DNA from: Rhynchopus sp. YZ270_cl-10
Lineage: Eukaryota
Length of the DNA: 64,000 bases
NCBI GenBank assembly: GCA_964035575.1
Contig: OZ037844.1
Location: 1,674,001 to 1,738,000, forward strand
Direction of reading: 5' to 3'
Below the pieces are notes generated by a model. That model was given only the letters and a program-made list of their open reading frames with translations, made no database searches and was not told the origin of the DNA. Shown in pieces: positions 9,425 to 27,156 of the stretch. The position numbers were made by a program, and so were the translations under genes. Positions within the stretch are counted from its first letter, which is position 1. Each line of letters opens with the position of its first letter.

Positions 9425-12261
9425 CGAGAGCAGGAGGCAGCGCGCGTTACGCTCTCCCTCCCACCACCCTCCCCCCCCTCTCCCCCCCCTCTTGTTTTTT
9501 CTTCCCCCCCCCCACGGCCCTCCCCGCCAAAACACACATCCGCCGAGTTTTCTTCCGAAATGCTGCTTCAGGCTTTGCGCAAGCCGAAGAAGGGTCTCGG
9601 GGTGGCGAGGAGGAAGGAGGTGGACGACTGCGTGTTCCGCCTCCGCGACGGCAAGCAGGCCGCGCGCGCTTTGGCCCATCTTGTCCCGTGGGACCAAGCG
9701 CACACTTTCGACGTGGGGCCCCGAGCAGCAGGCACCCGCGACTGGCTGCTCCGAGCGTTCCGGCAGTTCGCCGAAGGGGAGACCGAGACCACGCCTCCCG
9801 ACCAGACGTTGATTCGGTTCGTCTGGGGTCGCCTGCGCGGAGCGTCGTCCCTCTCCGTGGCCGACTACTGCGGGCGGCTGCTGAAGGCACTGGCGGCCGA
9901 GGGGGAGACGGGATACCGCACGCGCCGGGTGCTGGCGGTGAAGCGCGCGCTGACGCGTTTCGGGACGTTGCTGAGGCCGAGTCAGGCGCCGCCGGTAGAC
10001 GTGGACGCGGTGATGGACGTGGTCGAGGCTTTCGGTCGCGAGGGGGCCGAGCGCGAACGGGCGTTTGTGGCCTTGGTGTGGATGGCACGGGCGCGTATGG
10101 CGGACGCACGATACCTGCTGGTGCGCGACCTGGTGGAGGTGACAGACGAGGGCGCGACGGGGCTGGAAGTCGCCCTGAAGGAGAAGCAGCAGAAGAGCTG
10201 GACACCCGTGGTGTATTTGCCACCCGGGACGCTTACCCAATACGTGGTGGAATGGGCACGCGCGCGTCGCTTGGCGGAAGGACAGGACGCGCCGTTGTTT
10301 GCAGCGACCGAGACGCAGTACCAGCGCCTCATGCGTCGGGTGGTGGGGGCTCTGCCGGCAGGGTCCTGGGCGCACTCGCTTCGCAGGGGGTCAGCGCAGG
10401 CCCTGCAATCCTGGGGGATGAGCGTGGACGGACTGAGGGACGCGCTGCGCCACGCGTCATCCAGAACGACGGTGCGTTACCTCATGCGTACGGCGCCCGA
10501 GGCTCGCAGGAAGGCACGCTCGACGCTGGACGTCCTGCAGGAGCGGCCGCTGTAGGTTGGTTGTTCCGGGGGTTGGACGGGTACCCGTTGGGGGAGTATG
10601 TGCGTGACGAGGGGGATGACGTGGTGGAGGCGGATGTTGAGACGTCTGCGGCGCCTCCGCATGTGCTCTTGGATGATGTCGCTGGGGTCTGGGGTGGCCC
10701 ATCTGGGGTGAAGCGGCAGGTGCTTGACTCATTCCCGGCGGGTCTGATTGATTTGGGGGCGCTCCGCCGACTGGTACCGGCGAAGGCCAGGTTGTTCGCA
10801 ATGCTTGACGACATTGCGACTTTCCGTGCGCAGCTGACGGGGTCTGGGGTGTCGATGCCGGGCCCGCCCTCCAAGCTCCAGGACGGCATGTTGGCGGCGT
10901 GCGTGGGTAGTGGGATTTTGCGCACGGAGAAGCGAGCTTTCCCGTCGGTGTGTGGGCTGTCTGTGTTTCCGCTGGCGAAGACGAACGGCAAGATGCGTCT
11001 CATCGTTGACGCACGGCCGTTGAACACGGCGATGCACTCCCCGCCAAAGTTCAGCCTCCCTACACCATACGAGCTGTCGGAACTCATCCTACGCGGGGGC
11101 GCTACGCATGCAGTCGTGGCGGATTTCAAAGGGTTTTTCTGGCAATTCCCTTTGTCCGCGGAGGTGGGGCAGTTTTTTGGTGTGCGGCAGGGTGCGCGTC
11201 GCATGCAGCTTACCCGCATGGCGATGGGGTGGTCGTGGGCGGCGGTGATTGCGCAGGAGACGTCGCTGGGGCTTCTCGGGGATATGGCGGGTGTGTGTGC
11301 TGCTGCGTGGATAGACGACAACCTCATTTTGGGGAAGTCGGCGGGTGAGGCGTCTGCGCGGCTTCGGGGGTTCCTGCGCAGAGCGGACGAAGTTGGCGCT
11401 GAGGTGAACCGCGAGAAGTCGACGCTCACTCCGGTACAGGTGTGTACCTACGCAGGGATTGAGTGGGATTTGCGGGGGCGCAGAATGCGGCTGCCGGGGG
11501 AGTGGCGTCGGAAGGCCCGTGTCGTGATGGACGTATTGCTGTCGGCGTCGGGTCCCTCGCTGCGCGAAGTGTGGAAAGGTATCGGGGCCGTCATCTGGGC
11601 GACGTATGCGATGGGGGACCGGTTCTGCGGGGTGCCGGACATGTTGGCGTGGATTCGTGCGCGGGGCGCCGAGGTGTCTGCGGGCGCGATTGACTGGGAC
11701 GACCAGGTGCAGATCTCTGCGGGCATGCGGACGGACTTGCGTGTGTTTGTGGAGCGGCGATTGGTGCCGGATGTGTGGCGCGTCCCCAGGTGGAAGCTGT
11801 CGCCGGAGGAGGGGTGTGACACGGTGGTGTGGTCGGACGCGTGCCCCGAGGGGTGGGGGTTTATTGTGCGGACGCTTGCTGGCGGGCGCGCTTTCAGGAA
11901 GTGGGGCACGTGGTCCACGGTCGAGGATATTTTCATTTTGGAGTTGCGGGCGATGGCCTGGGGCGTGCTGCATGCTGTACGTGGTGGCGCCCGCAGGATT
12001 TTGGTGGTGGGGGACAACGCCGCGGTGGTTGCTGTGCTGGAGAAGGGCCACTGTGCAGTCAGGTTAGGGAACACGGTCTTGGAGCGCCTGTTTCGGGTCA
12101 CTGACGGGGCGGGTGCGGGCATGTTGTCGCGCTGGATCGCGACGGACCGTATGCCGGCGGACGAGCTGTCGCGCTGGGGTACCGCTGGGCAGGACTGGGC
12201 CGACCCCCCGTCGGACGGCGTGGTGGTCGACGGTGGCGGTTTTATGTGGTCGGACGAGTGA
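9166..12261 (+). CDS. Reverse transcriptase-RNase H of YR element 1 (conserved domains from ~10560; true start uncertain)
   Basis: RT motifs RLIVDAR, ADFKGFFWQF, MAMGW, WIDD. RNase H motifs WSDA, LELRA, GDN, PADELSR. No methyltransferase domain. Confidence 0.92.
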   Translation: MWEVGCGRLPRQGLDGGCRAEGPAGGGGGGARSRAWCEVRARGWPGRAGVRGWQRGGPGRAAVRAGKRWWQRPRRGRALARWSTQVTRAGGSARYALPPTTLPPLSPPSCFFFPPPTALPAKTHIRRVFFRNAASGFAQAEEGSRGGEEEGGGRLRVPPPRRQAGRARFGPSCPVGPSAHFRRGAPSSRHPRLAAPSVPAVRRRGDRDHASRPDVDSVRLGSPARSVVPLRGRLLRAAAEGTGGRGGDGIPHAPGAGGEARADAFRDVAEAESGAAGRRGRGDGRGRGFRSRGGRARTGVCGLGVDGTGAYGGRTIPAGARPGGGDRRGRDGAGSRPEGEAAEELDTRGVFATRDAYPIRGGMGTRASLGGRTGRAVVCSDRDAVPAPHASGGGGSAGRVLGALASQGVSAGPAILGDERGRTEGRAAPRVIQNDGALPHAYGARGSQEGTLDAGRPAGAAAVGWLFRGLDGYPLGEYVRDEGDDVVEADVETSAAPPHVLLDDVAGVWGGPSGVKRQVLDSFPAGLIDLGALRRLVPAKARLFAMLDDIATFRAQLTGSGVSMPGPPSKLQDGMLAACVGSGILRTEKRAFPSVCGLSVFPLAKTNGKMRLIVDARPLNTAMHSPPKFSLPTPYELSELILRGGATHAVVADFKGFFWQFPLSAEVGQFFGVRQGARRMQLTRMAMGWSWAAVIAQETSLGLLGDMAGVCAAAWIDDNLILGKSAGEASARLRGFLRRADEVGAEVNREKSTLTPVQVCTYAGIEWDLRGRRMRLPGEWRRKARVVMDVLLSASGPSLREVWKGIGAVIWATYAMGDRFCGVPDMLAWIRARGAEVSAGAIDWDDQVQISAGMRTDLRVFVERRLVPDVWRVPRWKLSPEEGCDTVVWSDACPEGWGFIVRTLAGGRAFRKWGTWSTVEDIFILELRAMAWGVLHAVRGGARRILVVGDNAAVVAVLEKGHCAVRLGNTVLERLFRVTDGAGAGMLSRWIATDRMPADELSRWGTAGQDWADPPSDGVVVDGGGFMWSDE
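9560..10555 (+). CDS. Tyrosine recombinase of YR element 1
   Basis: Catalytic signature RARMAD ... KEK ... HSLRRG ... LRHASSRTTVRY. Confidence 0.93.
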   Translation: MLLQALRKPKKGLGVARRKEVDDCVFRLRDGKQAARALAHLVPWDQAHTFDVGPRAAGTRDWLLRAFRQFAEGETETTPPDQTLIRFVWGRLRGASSLSVADYCGRLLKALAAEGETGYRTRRVLAVKRALTRFGTLLRPSQAPPVDVDAVMDVVEAFGREGAERERAFVALVWMARARMADARYLLVRDLVEVTDEGATGLEVALKEKQQKSWTPVVYLPPGTLTQYVVEWARARRLAEGQDAPLFAATETQYQRLMRRVVGALPAGSWAHSLRRGSAQALQSWGMSVDGLRDALRHASSRTTVRYLMRTAPEARRKARSTLDVLQERPL

Positions 12262-12713
12262 TGTCCTTAGATTATTCTTATTTTAGATTGCCTTCTGTTT
12301 TTTCTTCCAGCTTTTCATTAAAGCTGTTTCCCTGCCCTGTTTTTTGTCCGCTGTTTTTTTTTTTTTTTTTTTGCAGTGGCTTTTGGTTTTATTTCTGGAT
12401 GCCTGCGCCCGCTGAGGCTTGGTGTCGTATCATTGGTTTTTTGTTCACTCCGCCTTTTTTCTGGGCCCTCGGGGGTCCTGTGTTTTTGTTTGTAGTTGGG
12501 ATGGATGCTCTCGTGGCCTACGGGTTTAAATATTCTACGTGACGGTGTCAGGAGGTTGTTTCGGCTTCCACATTCGCCCCCCTCATCGTAGCGCCTATTT
12601 CGAGATAAAAGTATCCCCCTTCCCTCCTCTCCGTTTTCATCATTGCTGTTCGCCCTTCGCGGGTCTTTTAGGTACTCTCTATCTATCTCAGATCTCCCTG
12701 AAACACGCTTTAG

Positions 12714-14158
<1,445 letters not shown>

Positions 14159-14488
14159 TAATGGATATAGACTGACTATCTTTTATGTTGACTTTTGTTC
14201 TTGCTCTATTTGGGCAGAATAGCTATCATTTCCTCGGAACTCTTCGAGTTCCGGTTGGCCGGGAACGCAGCTGTGCCGATTAACCCCACCTTTAACACAA
14301 TTCAACCACCATCTTCATCAGGATTTCTTTGTTTTTGTTGCGGTGTGTTTTCTGCCTTGCGTCCCCCTCATCTTTCTTACACCATTAACCTCCTTACGGG
14401 CTTTTTTACCCCCTCCCCTAAACCCAAGCGCCTCAGCAGTGTGCAGCCAGTGTTCGCTTCGCAAGCCGCTTCCGACCCCGCCGACGAT

Positions 14489-15910
14489 ATGTCCGCACTT
14501 ACCAACATCGAGAAGGTGGCCCCTCTGGTGGCGGAGCTTGGGCGGACCCCTGGCAGTTCGTTCGACTGGCACCCTCCAGCAGCTGCGCTGTCCTCGCTTG
14601 GTCTCCAACTTGAGTCCAACCGGTTCTTCTCCCGTCGGAAGATTGGGCATGGGGAGCTGTCGGGGTTGCTGCGGGGACTCTTGACTCAGTTGAGGGAGGT
14701 GTCGGCGAACCCCACGCGTCCGCTGGCCAGGCCGGACATTTTGGAGGCGGTGCTCGCTTTGGCGAAGAAGCCGTCCACGGTTGCTTCGCGGGTGGTGTGG
14801 GAGGAGGTGTCCCTGGTGCGGTTGGTGGGCTCGCTGGCGGCCTGCACGCTTGCTTTGGGCCAGGAGGAGTCGAAGCAGCGACTCAGCGTTGAGCGGGAGG
14901 ACGAGCCGTCGTCGCCACTCCACAGGATGGAGACGCTGGGACCCGGGGAGGCGTCCGAGCCGACTGTGCCTGCGATGGAGGTGGATGGCGTTGAGGATGC
15001 GGAGAAGCTTCGCGAGCTGCAGCAGGCGATGCGGCACCAGCAGCAGGAGGTGGCCGAGGGGCTTAGACGCGCGGCCTCCGTGGTTGGCGAGCAGCAGCAG
15101 CGCCAAGAGGCTTTACAGCAGGCGCAGTCCCAGCAGGGGCAACAACAGCAACAACTTCTTGAGCAGCAGCAGCAGCTGCTCAGCATGATGGAGGCGCAGA
15201 AGGCCTCGCTCGCGGCAGCGGCGTCGCACCGGACGGAAGCCGCGGGTGTGCCGCCGGTCGCGGCAGGGGAGAGCGCCACCCTTGCGCAGGCCCTGGCAGC
15301 CATCATGACGTCTCAACGGGAGGGGCAGCTGCAGCAGACCGCCCTTCTGATGCAGCTGGCCGAACAACGGGGTGCGGGGGGGCGGGGGTCAACGGAGGAG
15401 GAGATCCCGGTGGTGTCGCACCGTGTGGAGGACGTGGCACGGGACCCCCTGCGGTGGGCGGAGTACGCGCAGGCGCAGCCCCACCACGGCTACACCCTGC
15501 TGGAGGCCATCAAGGCCCGGGTGGGGTCGGTAACGCCCGACACCGACGCCGCTGACGCCGCGGCCTTCTGCGTGGACTTGGTGGAGTCCATCCTGTTCGG
15601 GGCGGCGCCGATGGACCTGCTGGCGCAAGTCGGCCGGGAGCTCTCCTTCTGGGAGCTACGGGGCAAGACGGGGCGGCCCGGGGCAGCGGCCTACTAGGCC
15701 AAGTTGTGGTCGCAGTCCGCTGTGCCGGCGGGGGAGCGGGCGGCGTATGCGGCTGCTTTCGCGACGGCGAAGGGGACCGCGTCGGCAAACAACCGTGGTG
15801 CGGGAAACGGGGCGGGAAAGGGTGGTGGGCGCGGCCGAGGGGCAGGCGGGGGGGGCGGCGGTCACAGCCGCGACAACTCTCCGGGGAAGTACCGTCCGAA
15901 GCGGCAGTGA
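14489..15910 (+). CDS. Gag-like ORF1 of YR element 2, interrupted by an in-frame TAG at 15695-15697
   Basis: ORFs 14195-15697 and 15704-15910 are in the same frame, and homology to element 1 continues across the stop (AVAFRDKVW vs AAAY*AKLW). Confidence 0.78.
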
Positions 15911-18678
15911 GCTTTTGGGGAAGACGCGGCCAACCTTTTCCCAACCCTTTCGCCGCGCTCTTCCCTCCTACCACCTTCCCTCCCAAATCTTTCCTTTCCA
16001 TCGCAACAGCCGGTCCGTCCCCCTCAGGCGGCCGGTCACACCACCGCCTCGCACGAGGCGATCGAGGACATGCTCTTCCGCATCCGCCAGCCGAAGGAGC
16101 TAGGGCGGACACTCGCCGAGCAGGTGCCGTGGCAGGAGGCGCACTTGTTCGACGTGGGACCACGCGCGCACGCGGAACGCCAGCGCCTTCTCAAGGCGTT
16201 CCGACTGTTCGCGGACCAATCAGGCATACAGGACGTGGATCAGCAGGTGATCGCGTTCCTGTGGTCCCGGCTGCCCAACGCAACGCCGAAGTCCGTGGCG
16301 GGGTACGCGGGGCGGCTGGTGAAGGCGCTGCACGCGGAGGGCATCACCGGGGTGCGCACCCGTCGTCTTCTCGCCGTCAAGAAAACTCTGTCGAGGGCGG
16401 GCACGCTGCTCCGACCGGACCAGGCTCCGCCGGTGGATACCGAGACGGTGGTGAATGCGGTGCATCAGCTGGTGGGCGCGGGCGACCTGCGCACAGGGGC
16501 CTTCGTGGCGCTGGTGTGGGTTACGCGCGCCAGGATGGCCGACGCTCGCTACATGATGGTGAGCGACGTTACGTTCGTGCGGAGCGGGGAGGCCGTCGCG
16601 CTAGAAGTACAGCTGAAAGAAAAGCAACAACAGGCTTGGACTCCTCTGGTGTTCGTGCCTGCCGGCCCGCTCACGACGGTCGTCATCAGCCACGTGCGGG
16701 CACGACGGGCCGAGGCGGGGGAGGCCGCTTCCCTGTTCGCAGCTTCTCAGCGAGAGTACTCCGTCCTCATGGCCAAGGCGAAGGCGGCACTTCCACTGGG
16801 GTCGTGGGCCCACTCACTGCGACGCGGGGCTGCGCAACAATTGGAGGTGGACGGGGCGTCGCTGACGGAGATCTCCGCGCTCCTTCGTCATGCTTCGACG
16901 GCCACGACGCGGCGATACCTGCAGTCTACGTCCCGGCAGCAACGAGCCAAGGAGGCTCTGGCGCTGGACGGGCTGCAGAACTCATGGGTCTGATTTTCGG
17001 GGGGTCGGGGCAGGGGCACACCGGTTATGGCGAGGTGGAAACGTTTCCGGAGGTGGAGGTGTCTGCTGCGCCTTTCGTTCTGCGAGGGTTGGGGGCTGAC
17101 GTAGGGGGCCAAGATTGGGGGGCGGGGCCGCCGCGGGCACCGGTACTGGATTCCTTTCCGCGGGGTGTGCTGGACCTGGTGGCGCTGCGCAGATTGGTGC
17201 CGCAGCAGGCTGGGCTGTATGACCGGCTCGACAAGGTGTCGGCTTTCGAGGAGCTGCTCACCTCGCGCGACCTGCCCCTGCCGGGTCCGCGTTCCACGCT
17301 GTCGGACGCCGGTGTGAAAGCGTGTGTGGACAGTGGTGTGCTGGTGGCGGAGAGGAGAGCCGCTCCGTCACGTTGCGGCCTCAGCCTCTTCACCGTCGAC
17401 AAAACTGGGGGCAAGCTGCGCCTGGTGGTCGATGCGCGTGCCCTGAACAAGGCGATGCTGCCGCCGCCTAAGTTCTCTTTGCCGTCGCCTCATGAGCTGT
17501 CCGTGATGATACTCGGGGGATCTGCAAAGTACGGTGCCATAGCCGATTTCAAAGGCTTTTTCTGGCAATTCCCCGTGTGCGCCGAAGTCGGGCGCTATTT
17601 TGGGGTGCGCTGTGGCACGCGCCGTTTGCAGCTGCGGCGGATGGCCATGGGCTGGACTTGGGCGGCGTACATCGCACAGCGTACGTCCGAGGGGTTGCTG
17701 GGTGAGATCCACGGCAAGCATGCGGCTGCCTGGATCGACGACAACTTGGTCCTGGGCGACACCCGGCAGGTGGCCCGCAGCCGCATGCAGTCCTTCCTGG
17801 GGAGAGTGGCGGAGGTGGGTGGTGAGATCAACCTCGCGAAGTCCTCCGTGGAGCCTCGCCAGTCGTTCGTGTACGCTGGTATTGAGTGGCACCTGGGTCG
17901 GGGGGCGCGCCGTCTGCCTGCGGCGTGGAGGGCGAAGGCGCGGGCCAACATCCTGGAGGTCGCGGCGGTTAAGATCATGCCCATCCGTCGCGTCTGGGTG
18001 GGTATCGGGGCTATTGTGTGGGCGACTTTTGCATTGGACGACCGGTTCTGCGTGTTTCCCGACCTCTTGGCGTGGGTGAGCGAGCAGGGACGTGCTATCG
18101 CTGTCGGGACGCGTGACTGGGACTCGGAGGTGGGGTTGTCGACAGGTTTGCTCCGTGACTTGCGGCGGGCGGCTGAGGCGCTGGTGGCCGATACCTGGAG
18201 AGTGCCGCAGTGGCGTCTGGCGCCGGAGGCGGTGTGCGATACGGTCGTCTTCAGCGACGCTTGTCCGGAGGGGTGGGGCTTCATCGTGGGCAGAGCGGGA
18301 GGGTCGGCTGCGCAGCGCAAATGGGGTACCTGGGACCGTCTTGAGGACATCTTCCTCCTGGAGTTGCGGGCGATGATTTGGGGGGTCGAGTGTGCGCTCG
18401 CCAGCGGGGCGCGGGACATACTGGTCATCGGCGACAATACTGGTGTGGTGGCGGTGTTAACGAAGGGCCACTGCGGGCTACGCGTGGGAAATACGTTGCT
18501 GGCGGCGCTCTTTGCGAAGCTGCGGCGGGGCGGTGCGCGGGTGCTGTCCCGGTGGATCAGCACGGACAACATGCCGGCGGACGCTCTCTCGCGATGGGGC
18601 TGTGCGGGTGCGGACACGGCACGGGTGCCTTGTGACGGTATAGCTATCTCGGACGAAGGATTCCGATGGGCCCTTTAG
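15706..18678 (+). CDS. Reverse transcriptase-RNase H of YR element 2 (conserved domains from ~16984)
   Basis: ADFKGFFWQF, MAMGW, WIDD; FSDA, LELRA, GDN, PADALSR. Confidence 0.92.
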   Translation: MVAVRCAGGGAGGVCGCFRDGEGDRVGKQPWCGKRGGKGWWARPRGRRGGRRSQPRQLSGEVPSEAAVSFWGRRGQPFPNPFAALFPPTTFPPKSFLSIATAGPSPSGGRSHHRLARGDRGHALPHPPAEGARADTRRAGAVAGGALVRRGTTRARGTPAPSQGVPTVRGPIRHTGRGSAGDRVPVVPAAQRNAEVRGGVRGAAGEGAARGGHHRGAHPSSSRRQENSVEGGHAAPTGPGSAGGYRDGGECGASAGGRGRPAHRGLRGAGVGYARQDGRRSLHDGERRYVRAERGGRRARSTAERKATTGLDSSGVRACRPAHDGRHQPRAGTTGRGGGGRFPVRSFSARVLRPHGQGEGGTSTGVVGPLTATRGCATIGGGRGVADGDLRAPSSCFDGHDAAIPAVYVPAATSQGGSGAGRAAELMGLIFGGSGQGHTGYGEVETFPEVEVSAAPFVLRGLGADVGGQDWGAGPPRAPVLDSFPRGVLDLVALRRLVPQQAGLYDRLDKVSAFEELLTSRDLPLPGPRSTLSDAGVKACVDSGVLVAERRAAPSRCGLSLFTVDKTGGKLRLVVDARALNKAMLPPPKFSLPSPHELSVMILGGSAKYGAIADFKGFFWQFPVCAEVGRYFGVRCGTRRLQLRRMAMGWTWAAYIAQRTSEGLLGEIHGKHAAAWIDDNLVLGDTRQVARSRMQSFLGRVAEVGGEINLAKSSVEPRQSFVYAGIEWHLGRGARRLPAAWRAKARANILEVAAVKIMPIRRVWVGIGAIVWATFALDDRFCVFPDLLAWVSEQGRAIAVGTRDWDSEVGLSTGLLRDLRRAAEALVADTWRVPQWRLAPEAVCDTVVFSDACPEGWGFIVGRAGGSAAQRKWGTWDRLEDIFLLELRAMIWGVECALASGARDILVIGDNTGVVAVLTKGHCGLRVGNTLLAALFAKLRRGGARVLSRWISTDNMPADALSRWGCAGADTARVPCDGIAISDEGFRWAL
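16070..16993 (+). CDS. Tyrosine recombinase of YR element 2
   Basis: RARMAD, KEK, HSLRRG and LRHASTATTRRY motifs. Confidence 0.93.
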   Translation: MLFRIRQPKELGRTLAEQVPWQEAHLFDVGPRAHAERQRLLKAFRLFADQSGIQDVDQQVIAFLWSRLPNATPKSVAGYAGRLVKALHAEGITGVRTRRLLAVKKTLSRAGTLLRPDQAPPVDTETVVNAVHQLVGAGDLRTGAFVALVWVTRARMADARYMMVSDVTFVRSGEAVALEVQLKEKQQQAWTPLVFVPAGPLTTVVISHVRARRAEAGEAASLFAASQREYSVLMAKAKAALPLGSWAHSLRRGAAQQLEVDGASLTEISALLRHASTATTRRYLQSTSRQQRAKEALALDGLQNSWV

Positions 18679-19323
18679 AATTCTGTGACTGTTGTGTCTC
18701 TTATAGATTATCATTAGCATTCTTTTTATACTGTTATTCCTTTTTTATTTTTGTTTGCCCCTTCTTTGGCGGCTTTTGGTCTGTCTCACCGGGTGCCCTA
18801 TGGGCCCACTGGGGGTCGGCCGCTTTTATTTTTCTGCTGTGTTGTCGTGCGTCGGGTGGTGGGCTCTCCATCCTCTCTGCACTCTTGAACACAGGCCTTT
18901 TTTTGTTCGGCACCTCGGTGCTGGGTCTGCTTGGGTGCTGTTGTAGCTATTCTACGTGACCGGGTCAGGGTGTGTTTTCTGCCTTGCGTCCCCCTCATCG
19001 TTTTCGTTTACAGCATATTATCCAAAGACCTCCTCTCCATCCCCCCTTTCTTTTGCCTTTATCATCAGTTCTGGAACCGGTTCGTCGGTCTCCTCTATTC
19101 CTCACTTTTATTGGCTGTCTATATCCTATACTAGATCTCCTATCAACCACCCTGGTGGAGTGGCTTTTGCCACGATTGGGGAGATCTAATGGATATAGAC
19201 TGACTATCTTTTATGTTGACTTTTGTTCTTGCTCTATTTGGGCAGAATAGCTATCATTTCCTCGGAACTCTTCGAGTTCCGGTTGGCCGGGAACGCAGCT
19301 GTGCCGATTGACCCCACCTTTAA

Positions 19324-24713
<5,390 letters not shown>

Positions 24714-25632
24714 AATAAAAATGAAAAATTCCAAAAATAGGCAAGAACGAGGGGGATCCTAAGGAATGGATTCAGGGTTTTTTCGAATTGAAGTGTGAAA
24801 CAAAGGGGGGTGGGGTGGGTGGGGGTTGGGGAACGGAGGGGGGGAAAATGTGTGAAGAACATCGAAAAAAAAACAAACTGTCTTTTTGTCGTTTGGTTTT
24901 GGGTGGGGGATGAAGGGAGCCACGAGGAAACCCAACGAACTGAACGCAGCAAACCAAAACCAAAACTCAAAACTCAAAAATAAAAACGGAACTGGAAATC
25001 GCAGGGGTGACAACACGTACGGGGGGTGTTAAATTCAAGTACCGTGTACTATTATTCGTCCATATGGGGATTCCCAGGGTTTTAAAAAAAGTTGAATACA
25101 CGTCAAAGCCTGGCTTCGGTTCATCTTCTTTTCTTTTTTTTTTTTGGGGGCAGACCCAATTCTGGGGGTACTTTGTCTTCTTCAGCTCCCCCAGGAATCA
25201 ATGTTTTTTTTTAACAAAAATATATTTTCTGCGAGATCCTTCCGACAGGGTTGTTGTACCGTACAAAAGAAGCTCCCTATTATTTTTTTTTTGCGGATTT
25301 TTTTTTGTAAGATACGATAACAATATTTTAACAAAAGAAAACTAACTCCATCTTTATACCCCAATCCAATCCCCACAAGGGGGCATCGACCATTGCCTTT
25401 CCTTTTTTCGGAAACGTTTGTGTGTGAGGACCCTCATAATAGACGATCGCAAAAACACACTTTTATCCCCTTCCCCCAAATCCCTGTTACGTTATTTCTG
25501 TGGGTTACGTTTTATTTCTATAAGAGGGGGTGGGAGGGGGGGTGTGGGGGTGTGGGTGGGCCAGAGCGTTTGCAGGATATGAGTTCATTGTGACCAACTA
25601 TTTTATTTGAGGACGAACGGAATTCATCTTTA

Positions 25633-25732
25633 CCGTATTCGTACAAAATATCGACAGTAAAAAGGGTCGAACTTCCAGAAAAATCCTGAAAAGGTCGAAC
25701 ATTAGTACAGCCGATACTTTGTACGAATACGG
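25633..25732. mobile_element. Short pogo/Tigger-like MITE
   Basis: ~27-bp TIR CCGTATTCGTACAAA... with 3 mismatches, TA on both sides. Confidence 0.8.
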
Positions 25733-27156
25733 TAACTTTCTTTTAACAGATATCTGTGTTGGCACTGTGAAGCGCATCTTCCAAAGCTTTCCGTTTTTTT
25801 TTGTATTTTTCTTTTGATTTATTTTTTGTACACAAGAAAAAGGGTGACCGAAAAAACCCTTCCAAGCCTTGCTCGCGAAAGCTTATTCTCCTTCACCAGA
25901 TCCTGAACGGGGCGGGGGTGGGGGGGGACTCACTGGGGCGGGGGGTTCAATTGAATTAGAAATTTTTTTATACACCTCTTCAGGGTGAGCGTGTTGGAAG
26001 GTGTTGGGCAGTTCTTAAAGAGTGGAACGATACCAAAGGTGAGCGTGTGTGTGTTTAATATCAGTTTTTTTTGGATCCCGTGGGGGTATACAGTTTATGG
26101 GTGTCTAGTGTCCATGGTGATTGGAGCGAACGTATTTTTGTTTCGATGATTTCTTTTTGTGGCACAGAGTGGCACGTTCATCTTTTTTTCAAGTTTTCTA
26201 TTTTGCACTTTTTCTACTGTGCACTCTGCTGACGTTTTTGTACGTACAGTGCTTCAACCCAAACCCTTCTTCGTAAAGGGGGGGTTGTGTGATTGGTAAT
26301 GTGTGCCGCTCGATGTCCGTTTTTTTTTTCTTCTTCTTCTTCCTTTTGCTCTTCCACTTTCTGAAAAATATTTTGTTCTGATTCGCATCGTGGGACGCAA
26401 AGCACCAATGCCCCTGGAAGGACATACGTGGTGGATGTTTGCGTCAGCTTGTACAACAGGGGAAAGGGTGTGGGTGGGGGCTGTCTGCTGTAGGGAGACC
26501 ATAGGGTGAACGTTGTTCCTTTGCCTGTGGTGTTCTGGTGCAGACCATTTATTTCAGTGTACTTTGGGACTGAATAAAACCGGTCATGTACCAAAACGTA
26601 CACTTGTCACGAACGGGCTGCTTTATTTCAAGTCAACTTTATATTGTGAGGTTTCTGTGCACAAATTTCTGTTCGGCTTTTTGGTTGCTTTTTTTAAAAT
26701 GTCAACTCCAGTCATATTGACGTAGTAAGTTAAAGACGATCCACCAACAGAAGAACATGAGGATGTACGTGGGGTGTCATAGGTATTATCTCTTCCACTC
26801 ACAGATGAGTCCCGGCCCCTTTCGTGGCAAAAAATATAACCAAAAAAAGAAGAAAAAAACTGCAAAAAAAGGGGGAGCAAAGGAAACAAAAAAAATTAAC
26901 TTTGTGGGTGTGGGGTAAAAAAAGGAAGCAATTACAAAATAAACAAAAATACTACCCAAAGAACTAAAAGGGTGGCCACCCTCTCTCCCTCTTCCCAAAC
27001 AAACAAACAAAAAAAAAACAATTAAAAAACGCAAAAAAAAATTACATAAATTACAAACAAAAAATTGGTTGCTGTGTTCTGTTTTTATGCCGCTGCCCTC
27101 TCTCTCCTCTCTCCCCGCTGTACAACTACACACCAGTTATCCTTCACAACCAAAAA

